NCBI GenBank assembly: GCA_963845565.1
Contig: CAWJSJ010000001.1
Span: 768,001-832,000 of the forward strand
DNA length: 64,000 bases
Direction: 5' to 3'
Origin: an uncultured Methylomirabilota bacterium
Lineage (GTDB): Bacteria > Methylomirabilota > Methylomirabilia > Methylomirabilales > 2-02-FULL-66-22
Part shown: positions 10,079 to 19,624 of the stretch, piece by piece
How the letters are laid out: each line of letters opens with the position of its first letter
Numbering within the stretch: the first letter of the stretch is position 1
Made by a program: the position numbers and the translations under genes
Notes under the pieces: model-generated
What the model was told of the DNA's origin: nothing
What the model saw: the letters and a program-made list of their open reading frames with translations, nothing else
The model's database searches: none

Positions 10079-10729
10079 GTGAAGATTCTCGCGCTCAGCG
10101 ATCAGGTGGTGGAGCAGATCTACAGCCCGCAGGTCAAGGACCGGTTCGGCGACGTCAAGCTGGTGCTGGGGTGCGGCGATCTCCCGGGCTACTACCTTGA
10201 CTACGTGGTTTCGACGCTGAACGTTCCCTTCTTTCATGTCCCGGGCAACCACGACCTGCCAACGTCCGTTCCCGGATGGGATCGCCGGACCCCGGCGGAG
10301 CTTCCCCTGGACTGCGGGAATCTGGACGGGCGAATGGTGGAGGAGCAAGGCCTCCTCTTGGCGGGTTTCGGCGGCAGCGTGCGGTATCGCCCGGACGGAG
10401 ACCATCAGTACACACAAGCGGAAATGCGCCGCCGCGTCCTGGCCCTCGTGCCGCGCCTCTGGATGAACCGCGTTCGGTACGGGCGCGCGCTCGACCTTTG
10501 CATCACCCATTCGCCCCCCAAGGGAATTCACGACGGGACCGACCCCGCGCACGTCGGATTTGACGCCTTCAACCGCTTCATCGCGCGGTTTCACCCTCGA
10601 TATCTGCTGCACGGCCATTCGCACGTGTGGCGTCGCGACACCATCGTGACGACGCAGGTTGGGGCCACGACGGTCGTCAACGTGTGCCCCTATCGCGTCA
10701 TCGAGATCGCTCCCAATCATGCTGGATGA
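10079..10729 (+). CDS. Calcineurin-like metallophosphoesterase
   Basis: LALSD, GCGDL, VPGNHD, ITHSPP, LHGHSH motifs. Confidence 0.9.
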   Translation: MKILALSDQVVEQIYSPQVKDRFGDVKLVLGCGDLPGYYLDYVVSTLNVPFFHVPGNHDLPTSVPGWDRRTPAELPLDCGNLDGRMVEEQGLLLAGFGGSVRYRPDGDHQYTQAEMRRRVLALVPRLWMNRVRYGRALDLCITHSPPKGIHDGTDPAHVGFDAFNRFIARFHPRYLLHGHSHVWRRDTIVTTQVGATTVVNVCPYRVIEIAPNHAG

Positions 10730-11579
10730 GATTGCGGCACGGGTGCAGGCCGACTTTGCGCGCGCTCGCTCCCGGGCGTTTTTTAACCACATACTGGGTT
10801 TTTTGTCCGGGCGCCCCAAGCGGCTGCTGCCTTACGATCAGGTCAAAGAGAAGTTGCGGATCGGCGGTCCTATCTATCGGGGGATCCGGACCGTGGAAAT
10901 CGCGCGTATTGTGGGGAGTGTGAACCGCTACGCCGATTTCGACCGCGCCTTCCTCCCGACACACAATCGGAGCGCAGGCCGGTGGCAACACGTCGATCGT
11001 GCGTTCTACGAGGACATCAGCCTTCCCCCGGTGGTGCTCTACCAAGTGGGTGACGTGTACTTCGTCGTGGATGGGCATCACCGGGTCTCCGTCGCACGGC
11101 AACAGGGGCAGGAGTTCATCGAGGCCGAGGTGCGCGAGTGCAAGGTGAAGGTCCCGGTGGAGCCCGATCTTCGGCCGGAAGATCTGGAGATCCTCGGGGC
11201 CCGAGTGGAGTTTCTGGAGCGGAGCGGTCTGGACCGGGTACGTCCGGGGACCGATATCGCGGTGACCCTCCCCGACGGCTATAGCCGCATGCTGGAGCAT
11301 ATCGCGGTGCATCGCTATTTTATGGGACTGGATGAACAGCGGGACATCTCGGAGGACGAAGCGGTCGCCCACTGGTACGAGACCGTGTACCTTCCCGTCG
11401 TCCGGGTTATTCGGGAGCAGGGCATTTTGAGCGAATTCCCCGGGAAGACCGAAGGGGACCTGTATATCTGGGTGATGGATCACCAGCAATTCCTCCACGA
11501 GCAAGGGCAGGACCTCTCGTCGCCGGAAGTGGCCGCCGTCCAATACCTTCAGCGCGTGGACCGCTCCTTTGAAATGTGA
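10719..11579 (+). CDS. ParB/Sulfiredoxin-like domain protein with DUF4032-like C-terminus
   Basis: IVGSVNRY, LPPVVLY, YFVVDGHHRVSVA; C-terminal EAVAHWYETVYLP...FPGKTEGDLY; start overlaps upstream gene. Confidence 0.8.
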   Translation: MLDEIAARVQADFARARSRAFFNHILGFLSGRPKRLLPYDQVKEKLRIGGPIYRGIRTVEIARIVGSVNRYADFDRAFLPTHNRSAGRWQHVDRAFYEDISLPPVVLYQVGDVYFVVDGHHRVSVARQQGQEFIEAEVRECKVKVPVEPDLRPEDLEILGARVEFLERSGLDRVRPGTDIAVTLPDGYSRMLEHIAVHRYFMGLDEQRDISEDEAVAHWYETVYLPVVRVIREQGILSEFPGKTEGDLYIWVMDHQQFLHEQGQDLSSPEVAAVQYLQRVDRSFEM

Positions 11580-11602
11580 CTCGTTCCGCGTGCCGGCGGC
11601 GA

Positions 11603-11631
11603 TTGACAACGCTAGCGAAATGCGCTACAAG
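11603..11631 (+). promoter_or_regulatory. Sigma70-type promoter for acyP-apt
   Basis: TTGACA-N17-TACAAG. Confidence 0.5.
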
Positions 11632-11690
11632 TTCGCGGACATCTCGGCGGAGACGGCGAACGGGGCCTCCGCGGACGGGCGGTATGTTCG

Positions 11691-12008
11691 ATGGAAGGAT
11701 CGGCCGCGGTTCCGTCGGGTGGGGAAGACGTGGTGGCCCTTGAAGTGCGGGTTGCGGGACGCGTTCAGGGGGTAGGCTTCCGGTACTTCGCCCACGACGT
11801 GGCGAGACGCCTCCGGATCGTAGGGTATGTCGCGAACCAACGTGATGGGTCTGTCCGCACCTATGCAGAGGGCCCTCGGGGGGTCTTGGAATCGTTCCTG
11901 CAATTGATGGAGCGAGGCCCGGCCGGTGCGCACGTGCGCGAGGTGCGAAGTCATTGGGGACCCGCCACGGGACAGTACACCTGCTTCCGGATCGAGCGCA
12001 CCGCGTGA
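11691..12008 (+). CDS. acyP: Acylphosphatase
   Basis: GRVQGVGFRY, GYVANQRDGSV, GPAGAHV. Confidence 0.92.
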   Translation: MEGSAAVPSGGEDVVALEVRVAGRVQGVGFRYFAHDVARRLRIVGYVANQRDGSVRTYAEGPRGVLESFLQLMERGPAGAHVREVRSHWGPATGQYTCFRIERTA

Positions 12009-12034
12009 GAGTTGAGAGGAGATCGCCGACAACC

Positions 12035-12556
12035 ATGGTCATCGAGGACCTAAAGCAACGGATTCGCGAGATCCCGGATTTCCCCAAAGCCGGCATCCTG
12101 TTCCGGGACATCACGCCCCTGTTATCGGACGGGCCAGCGTTTCGTCAGGCTATCGACTTGATCGGCGGACGATATCTGGACCGCAGGATCGACGTCGTGG
12201 TCGGGGTGGAAGCGCGAGGCTTTGTCATGGGGTCCGCGCTGGCGTACAAACTGGGTGCCGGGAATGCGCTGATCCGAAAGCCCGGGAAGTTGCCCTTCAA
12301 AACAAACCGGACGACCTACGCGCTTGAGTATGGAACCGACACGCTCGAGATCCACCAAGATGCCATCACGCCTGGGCAACGCGTCGTGCTGGCGGACGAC
12401 CTCTTGGCCACGGGCGGCACGATCTCGGCCGCGGCGGAATTGGTGCGTCAATTGGGCGGTGAGATCGTGGAACTGGCGTTTTTGATCGAGTTGAGTGCAT
12501 TGAACGGGCGCGACCGCCTGAAGGGCTTGCCGGTCTTCTCGTTGATTCAGTACTGA
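12035..12556 (+). CDS. apt: Adenine phosphoribosyltransferase
   Basis: PDFPKAGILFRDIT, EARGF, RKPGKLP, LEYG, PRPP motif DDLLATGGT. Confidence 0.96.
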   Translation: MVIEDLKQRIREIPDFPKAGILFRDITPLLSDGPAFRQAIDLIGGRYLDRRIDVVVGVEARGFVMGSALAYKLGAGNALIRKPGKLPFKTNRTTYALEYGTDTLEIHQDAITPGQRVVLADDLLATGGTISAAAELVRQLGGEIVELAFLIELSALNGRDRLKGLPVFSLIQY

Positions 12557-12589
12557 CCGAACGGTGTAACGATTCGTCTTCCATGGTAA

Positions 12590-12666
12590 GGCCCTGTAGC
12601 TCAGCTGGATAGAGCGCCGCCGTCCTAAGGCGGGCGTCGGGGGTTCGAGTCCCTCCAGGGCCGCCA
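12590..12666 (+). tRNA. tRNA-Arg(CCT)
   Basis: Cloverleaf GGCCCTG...CAGGGCC-GCCA, anticodon arm CCGCC-GT-CCT-AA-GGCGG. Confidence 0.95.
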
Positions 12667-12738
12667 AAGTCGCGCGCAGGCGCCTGTAAGCGTTGCCGTT
12701 TTCTGGACAAGTCACATCACACGAGGTCAAGTTCGCTC

Positions 12739-13422
12739 ATGGGAAAAGAGTTGAGCAAGGAAGACGTCCGGCGGAACCCCCTGGCAGTGTGGGTCGGAAA
12801 CGCACTACAGTTCGGACAAGGGCACAAGGCCTTATTGGCGGTGATTCTCGTGGGTGCCGTGGTCGCCGCCGCCGCGGCCGGCGCTTATGGGTGGTACCAG
12901 GAACGGCAAGAGCGTGCAGCGCAAACGCTCTTCGTGAAAGCGCAAGCGGCCCTGGTCCCCGAAAAGCAGGGCGCGCCAGTCAACCCCGAGGAAGCGAAGA
13001 AGGTGTACGCCGAGATCGCCGACGGGTATCCGGGAACCGTGAGCGCCGAGGAATCGCTGATTCGGTTGGGTAACTTACAATACGATGGCGGGAAAACCGC
13101 AGAGGCCATCGCGACGTTTGGGCGCTATCTGACCACGTATTCACGCGGCCGATTTCGCGTGATGGCTGGGGTCGGAAAGGCCTACGCGGAAGAAGCAGCG
13201 GGAAATCTTCCGGCTGCAGAGAAGACCTTGAACGATCTGCTACCGACCATCACCGATGATCCGTTGGCCGGGGAGGCGTATTCGAGCTTGGCGCACGTGT
13301 ATGAGGCAATGAAAAAACCCGAAGACGCCATTCGGGTGTACGGGCAGATTGCCGAGCGTTTCGCGCAGACGCACTGGGGACAGAACGCTGTTCAGCGCAT
13401 GGGCACACTAAAGACCAAATAG
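12739..13422 (+). CDS. Membrane-anchored TPR protein (YfgM-like)
   Basis: N-terminal TM helix followed by TPR-like helical repeats. Confidence 0.8.
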   Translation: MGKELSKEDVRRNPLAVWVGNALQFGQGHKALLAVILVGAVVAAAAAGAYGWYQERQERAAQTLFVKAQAALVPEKQGAPVNPEEAKKVYAEIADGYPGTVSAEESLIRLGNLQYDGGKTAEAIATFGRYLTTYSRGRFRVMAGVGKAYAEEAAGNLPAAEKTLNDLLPTITDDPLAGEAYSSLAHVYEAMKKPEDAIRVYGQIAERFAQTHWGQNAVQRMGTLKTK

Positions 13423-13690
13423 TAGAGTGATCTACCGGGGAATACTAGAAATTTCGAGGCGTTTGGCCGTGAACCGGCTCTGTGTTGACAGGGCCGCTTA
13501 CAGTTAAGCGGCCGAAGTCGGACCGGGCAGAGATCTAGCTTTGAGCTCTTGCCTGTGGCTGCGCCGTCGCCGTCTCCTACGGTTTTCCTACCGAACGTCT
13601 TACCGTTTCCAATTCTTCACAGACCACGTGATTTCCACTCAGAGTTCGCGGCGAGGAAGAGCCTCCACGCGGGAATCGTCACGTTTCGGC

Positions 13691-13787
13691 TTAGGAGCCG
13701 TTACGAAATAACCTATTCTATTTCGTTACGGCTCCTTATGCCGTTTCGGAATGTCTCCGTTCAACTTATTCTTTGACAACGGCTTAG
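13691..13787. repeat. MITE-like palindromic element, copy 2
   Basis: Same sequence as 3770..3875 apart from a 9-nt shorter first loop and two substitutions. Confidence 0.85.
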
Positions 13788-14049
13788 AGACGGGAGCAAG
13801 ATTTGTGTTCAGAACAGATCGGGGGACGCGGAGGTTTCTCCGTTGCGGGAAATTGAAAGCGCGATATCGGAATGGACCGGCAGGGAGGGGGGCCCGTTTG
13901 CGCGGAATCGGGTATGGATTTTGGTCAGGTTCCTCGTCGCTTCGATGATATAGTAACGTCTGATAATGTGTATTATGTAAATATTCAACCGGGAAAAGAA
14001 GAACTCTTCACACCTCCAGACTGGAGCACCTCTCTTCACCACCACAACC

Positions 14050-14834
14050 CTATTTCGCATGCGAACCCACACTCTTTGATCACCTCCTGCAGCATCGTGT
14101 CATCCACCGTTTGGCGGAAGGAACCCGGTACCGCGTACTTCACCAAGCCCGATTCTCGGTGGATGTTTTCCTGTTCTTGAAAACTCCATGTGTTGATTGC
14201 CAGATCCCGGCGTTACGTCATTGACGTTGTCGCACGAATTTCCGCTTCTTTGGCGCCGGTATATTTCTCGACGATGCCAGACTCTCTGGCGCCAAATGGT
14301 AGCACTTTGGGATCTTTGGCCCCTTTTAGCAATCCGACCAACACGCGCATTGCGACCCATGGTCGTTGCCTTATTAACTTTCCTTATCACATGATATATG
14401 TTTCATATCATACTGGATCAAATAGACGTTTTAATTATCAATATGAAACTTCCTTCGATGCCATCTTCACGAAGGAACTGCCAAGGAAACCCACTTCAAC
14501 CGCACCCTTTTCAAGAAAAATCCCCGGCAGAACCCATGCCGCCCGCCACGCCCACTTTCCTTCCTTTGAGATCGGCCAGCCTCCGCACCTCCTTCTTCCT
14601 CCACAGAGGTCTCCGCACCAAGACGTGGCCGGCCCGTTCTGAAGAGTTTGCTCCGCCGTGGTTGCGACAATCTTGAGGTCCATTTGCCGATCGAAGACCT
14701 TGAAGACTCTCGCCGACATTCCCACCGCACCGACATCGACCCGTACGGACGCAAGGAACGCCATCACCTGAACATCCACACACTGGCTTGCTTGACGAAT
14801 CGATGATCCGATCCCGCTGAGTGGCGGTCATCAC
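14050..14834 (-). pseudogene. Degraded NitT/TauT (SsuA/THI5-like) ABC substrate-binding protein
   Basis: Fragments in three frames: AFLASVRVDVGAVGMS...MDLKIVA; VRRLADLKGRKVGVAGGMGSAGDF; IVEKYTGAKEAEIRATTSMT*RRDLAIN...VDDTMLQEVIKE. Confidence 0.65.
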
Positions 14835-14899
14835 TCGTCTGCCCTCCCCTGCGCCACGACCCCTTCCAATCACTCCCAGATACGATAGCGAACGCGGGA

Positions 14900-15190
14900 A
14901 GGTGTCGTAGCTTGTGCGATCGAGGCCTGGAAAAGGGGACGTCGAATAGCGCCGGCACACACCCCGGCCGGACGGTCATCCGGAGGACGAGATCCCCAGC
15001 AAGAGTGCCTCCTCGATGCTATCGATGATGAAGAGAACAGTCTTGCAGTCCGCCCCCAGATGTGCGCGAGCTCCCCTTGGAGGACGTTTCGCGAAATCGC
15101 GTCTAACGATCCGAGCGGCTCGTCCATCAACAGCACGTCGGGATTCGCGGCCAGCACCCGGGCAATCCCCACGCGTTGCTTTATGCCTTC
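14900..15190 (-). pseudogene. Degraded SsuB/TauB-type ABC ATPase, C-terminal half
   Basis: GIKQRVGIARVLAANPDVLLMDEPLGSLDA, then frameshift to KTVLFIIDSIEEALLLG; no Walker A half. Confidence 0.8.
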
Positions 15191-15192
15191 CC

Positions 15193-15775
15193 CAGTAATT
15201 CGCCCGCGAGTTTGAACTCGAACCGATGATCGTCACCGAGGCCTCCATCTACTGGAAGCTCTTGGCGCAGGCCCGCAAGGACAACCGTATCGGCCACGTG
15301 CCGCACACGCCTGGCGTGGACGTGGACACCGCGTGGGATTTCGGTTTCCGCGATGCGACCGCGATTTGGTTTACCCAACGGGTGGGCGTGGCGTACCACG
15401 TGATTTGCTATTTCCAGGCGGCGGGCCTGACCGTGGCCGGCTCCGCCGACGTGCTCAAGGAACGGAAGCGGGCTCACGAGTACTCGTACGGGCGGTCCTA
15501 CGTGCCCCGCGACGCGACGAGCGAAAACATTCAGACGGGGCACTCCATCGACGGCACGGCCATGGAGTGTGGCCTGTTCTTTGAGATCGTGCAGCGAAGC
15601 TCGGTGGCCGCGGGTACCTCCGCGACACGACAACTCCTCCCGCAAATGTGGTTTGACGCGGGGAAGTGTGCCTAGGGGGTCGAAGCCCTGAAGCGGTACA
15701 AGTACGAATGGAACCCGGACTTGCAGGTGTTCTCCATAAAGCCCGAGCATTCATGGTATTCGAACGCCGCCGATC
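15193..15775 (+). pseudogene. Phage terminase large subunit, C-terminal nuclease-domain remnant
   Basis: FAREFE...DTAWDFGFRDATAIWFTQ...YVPRD...WFDAGKCA*GVEALKRYKYEW...PEHSWYSNAAD; in-frame TAG at 15673; no ATPase domain. Confidence 0.8.
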
Positions 15776-16061
15776 GAAGAGGATCTCGACTACCCCGGTC
15801 TGGCTACTGGTGGCGACCAATGTCCGAAACAGCTCCGGCCGATCCCGGGACACGATGATGAGTCCGTGCGCCATTTCCACACCCCGACCCAATAAAGCAT
15901 CCCCCGCGCACACCGGGCGGCCCTCACCGCTGCGGCGGGTTCGCGTCGGGTGGCGGTGGGCATCCGGCGGGAAACAGGAATAGAGTCTGACGAGCGGGCC
16001 GGGATGTCAAGCGCAAATCCGGTTGCGGTTGCGGCGCGGACGCGATAACGGAGATCATCGG

Positions 16062-16250
16062 ATGCGAATCCCAACCGAGGTGCCTGCCGGTCTCCTGGCT
16101 GTGCCCTGCGGGAAGGGCTGCATCCTGCTCTTGACACCGCAGGAAATCACAACCGGGATCCGTCGTGGAAAGTGTGGGCGCCGCCTGGTGGCGATGGAAC
16201 AGCGGATCGGAGAGACGGTGCCCACGGCATTGTCAACGGAGGGGCGATGA
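16062..16250 (+). CDS. Small hypothetical protein (island cargo)
   Basis: GGAGA RBS; stop overlaps next start (ATGA). Confidence 0.4.
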   Translation: MRIPTEVPAGLLAVPCGKGCILLLTPQEITTGIRRGKCGRRLVAMEQRIGETVPTALSTEGR

Positions 16251-16429
16251 GATTGCTTGGAGAGATCCTTACCCCCTTGGTCTTCGCGGCGGGCCTCGGC
16301 ATCAACTCCATCGCCGCCGGGGGGGGCTTTGATGCGTGGTGGTGCCGGCGCGAGGCCCTGGAGCGGCGGAAGGCTACCCGGCTTCCATCGCCTGTGGTAG
16401 CATCAGGCGAGCACCCGGCCGCCTCCTGA
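16247..16429 (+). CDS. Small hypothetical membrane protein
   Basis: GGAGGGG RBS, hydrophobic N-terminus, coupled to upstream ORF. Confidence 0.35.
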   Translation: MRLLGEILTPLVFAAGLGINSIAAGGGFDAWWCRREALERRKATRLPSPVVASGEHPAAS

Positions 16430-17021
16430 CCGGGACGGAAAAGACGCCCTGCCATGCGTTGCGCCCACTGCGAGGCGGGATTTACTCCCAAGAATGTGCG
16501 GGGCCGATTCTGGTGAGCGAGGTGCCGGGCGCCGGCCTAGCAACGGACGCGTAGGGATGCGCTGGCGCTAGTCGACGAACAGCTCCCCAAATCTCCGGCT
16601 AACGCCAGGGCGGCCTTCGTGCGAGTGGACGCGGCCGGGGGCCGGGCCGGGCCGGCCCCTCCGGCCGCCTGGCGCCTGCACCCACCCGGTTGGGTGGGTA
16701 CCCGGAACCGCCCGGCCTTGCGCCGGGTCGCCCCGCCCGGGGGCGGGGCTCCGGACCGGCGCCGGCCGGGCCGCGGGCGCAGCGGCGTCGGGGCCGGCCC
16801 GGCCCCCGGCCTCCGCGGTGTCACCCCGTGGGTGCCCCCTCCCCGCGCTGGCGGCATCGCCGGGGGCCGCCCCGGCTGCGGTCGCGACGCGCTGTCCGTC
16901 CTCCCTGCGCGCGCTAGCCGGAGAACAGGGCAGCTCATCCGGGCATTGACGCGAGTGCGGGCCCTACGGGGCTCGACGGCGGCGTAGGGGGCCCACGGGG
17001 CGTGGAGGACGGGAAGAGGTC

Positions 17022-17396
17022 ATGGCGAGAAAGCGCGTGTTGATTGTGGATGATGAAGCGCCCCCCCGTGCAGTCATCCGGGAGTTACTCCAACGGTACG
17101 GCTACGAGCCCGCCGAGGCTGGAGACGGCCTGGAGGGTCTTGCCAAAGCCGAGACCCTCCCCCCGGATGTCATCCTACTGGAGGGGCGGATGCGGGGGCT
17201 CGACGGCTACGAGGTGTGTCGGCGCCTGAAGGCAAACCCACGGACGCAGCACATCCCGGTGATCTTCGTGACGGGCGTGGATGAGGACGAACTCTACGCT
17301 CTTGCCGACGAGGTTGGGGCCGCGGCGTTTATCACGAAACCCTTTCATCTCGAGACGCTGGTGGCCGTCATCGCGGCGGCCCTCACGAGCGCATGA
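17022..17396 (+). CDS. Single-domain CheY-like response regulator (phospho-acceptor reads Glu)
   Basis: VLIVDDE, PDVILLEGRM, GYEVCRRLK, IPVIFVT, FITKPF. Confidence 0.85.
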   Translation: MARKRVLIVDDEAPPRAVIRELLQRYGYEPAEAGDGLEGLAKAETLPPDVILLEGRMRGLDGYEVCRRLKANPRTQHIPVIFVTGVDEDELYALADEVGAAAFITKPFHLETLVAVIAAALTSA

Positions 17397-17600
17397 CCCC
17401 CGGCGGAACCCACGGCAAGGGCGGATGGAATTAGGGCTGACGCTGGGTGAGCGCCTGCTCCGGCGCTGCCGGGCAGCCCGGAGCCGGCGCAAGTGAACGG
17501 AGGGGCTGGCACATCGGGACCCGTGCGTGCGGGAACCACTGGAGGCGGCGTTGTGTATGCTTGATTGGGTAGATGAACCCGGTATGAGGAGAGCGCGACC

Positions 17601-18776
17601 ATGACATCACCGACACCGGACCTCACAACAGTTGTGGAACGACTGGAGACGGTTGAGCGCCTTTTGCGCGCGGAGAAACGCCGCAACCGCTGGCTGCTGC
17701 TAGCGGTAGGGTTGGCCATCGTAGGGGTGGTCCTGGCCTGGACATTGGCCAACACCACAACGACCGCCCAGGCCCAGGGGGCGAAAGTGATTCGGGCGAA
17801 TCAGTTCGTTCTTGAGGACGAGACCGGCGAGACCCGCGCCATGCTGACGGTGGACAAGGCCGGGGCGGGATTGTTCCTGTCCGACGAGAATGGCAAGTTT
17901 CGCGTCCACCTGATCGCCGACCAAGAGAGGCCGGGGCTGATTCTGAGTGACGGAAACGACAACCCCCGCGTCGCGTTGGCCGTGGACAAGGACGGGCCGC
18001 GGCTGTGCCTGGATGACCAGAATGGCAAATGCCGCGCTGCGCTTCAAATGACCAAAGACGGGCCGAGCCTGCGCCTACTCGACGAGAACGAGAAGCACCG
18101 CGCCGGGCTGACGGTGGACAAGAACGGGCCGAGCCTGCGCCTGTTCGACGAGCATGACAAGCCTCGCGCCGGGCTGACGGTGGACAGAAATGGGCCGAGC
18201 CTGCGCCTACTCGACGAGAACGAGAAGCACCGCGTTGGGTTGGCCGTCAGCAAAGCCGGGCCGGGGCTGGCCTTGCTCGACGAGAACGGCAAATTCCGCG
18301 CGGCGCTGGACATGGACAAGAATGGGCCGAGCCTGCGCCTACTCGACGAGAACGAGAACCACCGCGTTGGGTTGGCCGTCAGCAAAGCCGGGCCGGGGCT
18401 GGCCCTAAACGACGAGAGCGGCAAGATCCGCGCCACACTGGACATGGTCAAAGATGGGCCGAGGCTTCGCCTACTCGACGAGAACGAGAACCACCGCGTT
18501 GGGTTGGCCGTCAGCAAAGCCGGGCCGGGGCTGGCCCTAAACGACGAGAGCGGCAAGATCCGCGCCACACTGGACATGGTCAAAGATGGGCCGAGGCTTC
18601 GCCTACTCGACGAGAACGAGAACCACCGCGTTGGGTTGGCCGTCAGCAAAGCCGGGCCGGGGCTGGCCTTGCTCGACGAGAACGGCAACGTCCGCGCCGG
18701 GCTGGCCGTGACCAAGGCCGGGCCGGGGCTAGCGATAAGCAACGAGAGCGGCAAGGTGATCTGGTCGCGACCATGA
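17601..18776 (+). CDS. Membrane-anchored protein with about 14.5 tandem 22-aa beta-hairpin-like repeats
   Basis: N-terminal coiled coil and TM helix, then units such as LRLLDENEKHRAGLTVDKNGPS; GAGGAG RBS. Confidence 0.85.
   Translation: MTSPTPDLTTVVERLETVERLLRAEKRRNRWLLLAVGLAIVGVVLAWTLANTTTTAQAQGAKVIRANQFVLEDETGETRAMLTVDKAGAGLFLSDENGKFRVHLIADQERPGLILSDGNDNPRVALAVDKDGPRLCLDDQNGKCRAALQMTKDGPSLRLLDENEKHRAGLTVDKNGPSLRLFDEHDKPRAGLTVDRNGPSLRLLDENEKHRVGLAVSKAGPGLALLDENGKFRAALDMDKNGPSLRLLDENENHRVGLAVSKAGPGLALNDESGKIRATLDMVKDGPRLRLLDENENHRVGLAVSKAGPGLALNDESGKIRATLDMVKDGPRLRLLDENENHRVGLAVSKAGPGLALLDENGNVRAGLAVTKAGPGLAISNESGKVIWSRP
18336..18668 (+). repeat. Exact 132-bp tandem repeat (about 2.5 copies) inside the repeat gene
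   Basis: GCCTACTCGACGAGAACGAGAACCACC... recurs at 18337, 18469 and 18601. Confidence 0.9.
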
Positions 18777-18902
18777 CGCACCTGCCCTGGTCGAACGGGC
18801 AGTGATGTCGGTCGAAGCGGTCGGTGAGGAACGGTAAAGGTTTTTCTTGACGAGGATGTAAGGGCGAGTTGGTGGAGTGAATTGGGCTGGAAGGAGGCTA
18901 CC

Positions 18903-19241
18903 ATGATGAAGGGGCAGCGCAGTTGGTGGGTGCTTGCTGTGGTGGTGTTGGTTCTCTCGCCCTGGTCGGCTCAGGCGCAGGAGAGATCTGTCTTTTCGTC
19001 GCAAACACTGGAGAGGCCGGGTCCGCTATCGGAAGTCGTCGCAGCGGTGAATATCCCAACCGAGTGGGGAACACTCAAGAACGCACTCCCCCTCGCCGGA
19101 GATCCTCTCTACTACACTCTCTTCTTCGAGGATGCTGGCGGGAACATTCGGATCGTGCCGCTCTATCTGACATTGGGAGGCGGCACGTGGTCGTTATCCC
19201 TCAGACGGGACCCAGTGTTGCTTATTAAGCGAGGACCATGA
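18903..19241 (+). CDS. Hypothetical secreted protein
   Basis: AAGGAGG RBS; signal peptide ending AQA. Confidence 0.7.
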   Translation: MMKGQRSWWVLAVVVLVLSPWSAQAQERSVFSSQTLERPGPLSEVVAAVNIPTEWGTLKNALPLAGDPLYYTLFFEDAGGNIRIVPLYLTLGGGTWSLSLRRDPVLLIKRGP

Positions 19242-19252
19242 CGCATCACCAA

Positions 19253-19600
19253 CGGCGCCAGATGGACCTCAACGCCTGTACCATCAGACTGGAGCCAGGC
19301 ACCACAGGAGGGACTCGACGGGCAGGCGCGCGCACGGCGCAAGGCCGCGTTGGTGCAGGCCGAGGCGAACGGCGAAGAGTCGGGCCTCCTCAGGATGCTG
19401 CGGCATGACTTCGGACGGACGGCCGTGCGGAACATGGTCAACCGCGGCGTGCCCGAACGGGTGGCCATGAAGATTACCGGACACAAGACGCGGGCCGTCC
19501 TCGACCGCTACCACATCGTCAGCCCGGGTGACCTCCAGGAGGCCGCCCGGAGGCTCACGGGCGCGTTTTCGGGCACGTTATCGGAAATCGGCGAGTGGCC
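19253..19600 (+). pseudogene. Broken tyrosine integrase adjacent to tRNA-Met 3' end
   Basis: RQMDLNACTIRLEPGTT fragment, then in another frame LRHDFGRTAVRNMVNRGVPERVAMKITGHKTRAVLDRYHIV; HxxR Arg replaced by Gly; N-terminus missing. Confidence 0.85.
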
Positions 19601-19624
19601 ACCGTCGGAACCCATTGATAGGAA

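Noticed and set aside
13486..13560. Hairpins after the TPR gene (GGCCGCTTA-CAGT-TAAGCGGCC) as a possible ncRNA
   Set aside because: No recognisable RNA family features; may simply be terminator-like stems
15673..15675. In-frame TAG in the terminase as possible recoding or readthrough
   Set aside because: The gene is also truncated at both ends and TAG ends many intact genes here, so decay is the simpler explanation
17820..18770. Regular nucleotide repeats suggesting a CRISPR array or DGR
   Set aside because: In-frame 66/132-bp coding repeats with no unique spacers; no cas or reverse transcriptase gene in the window
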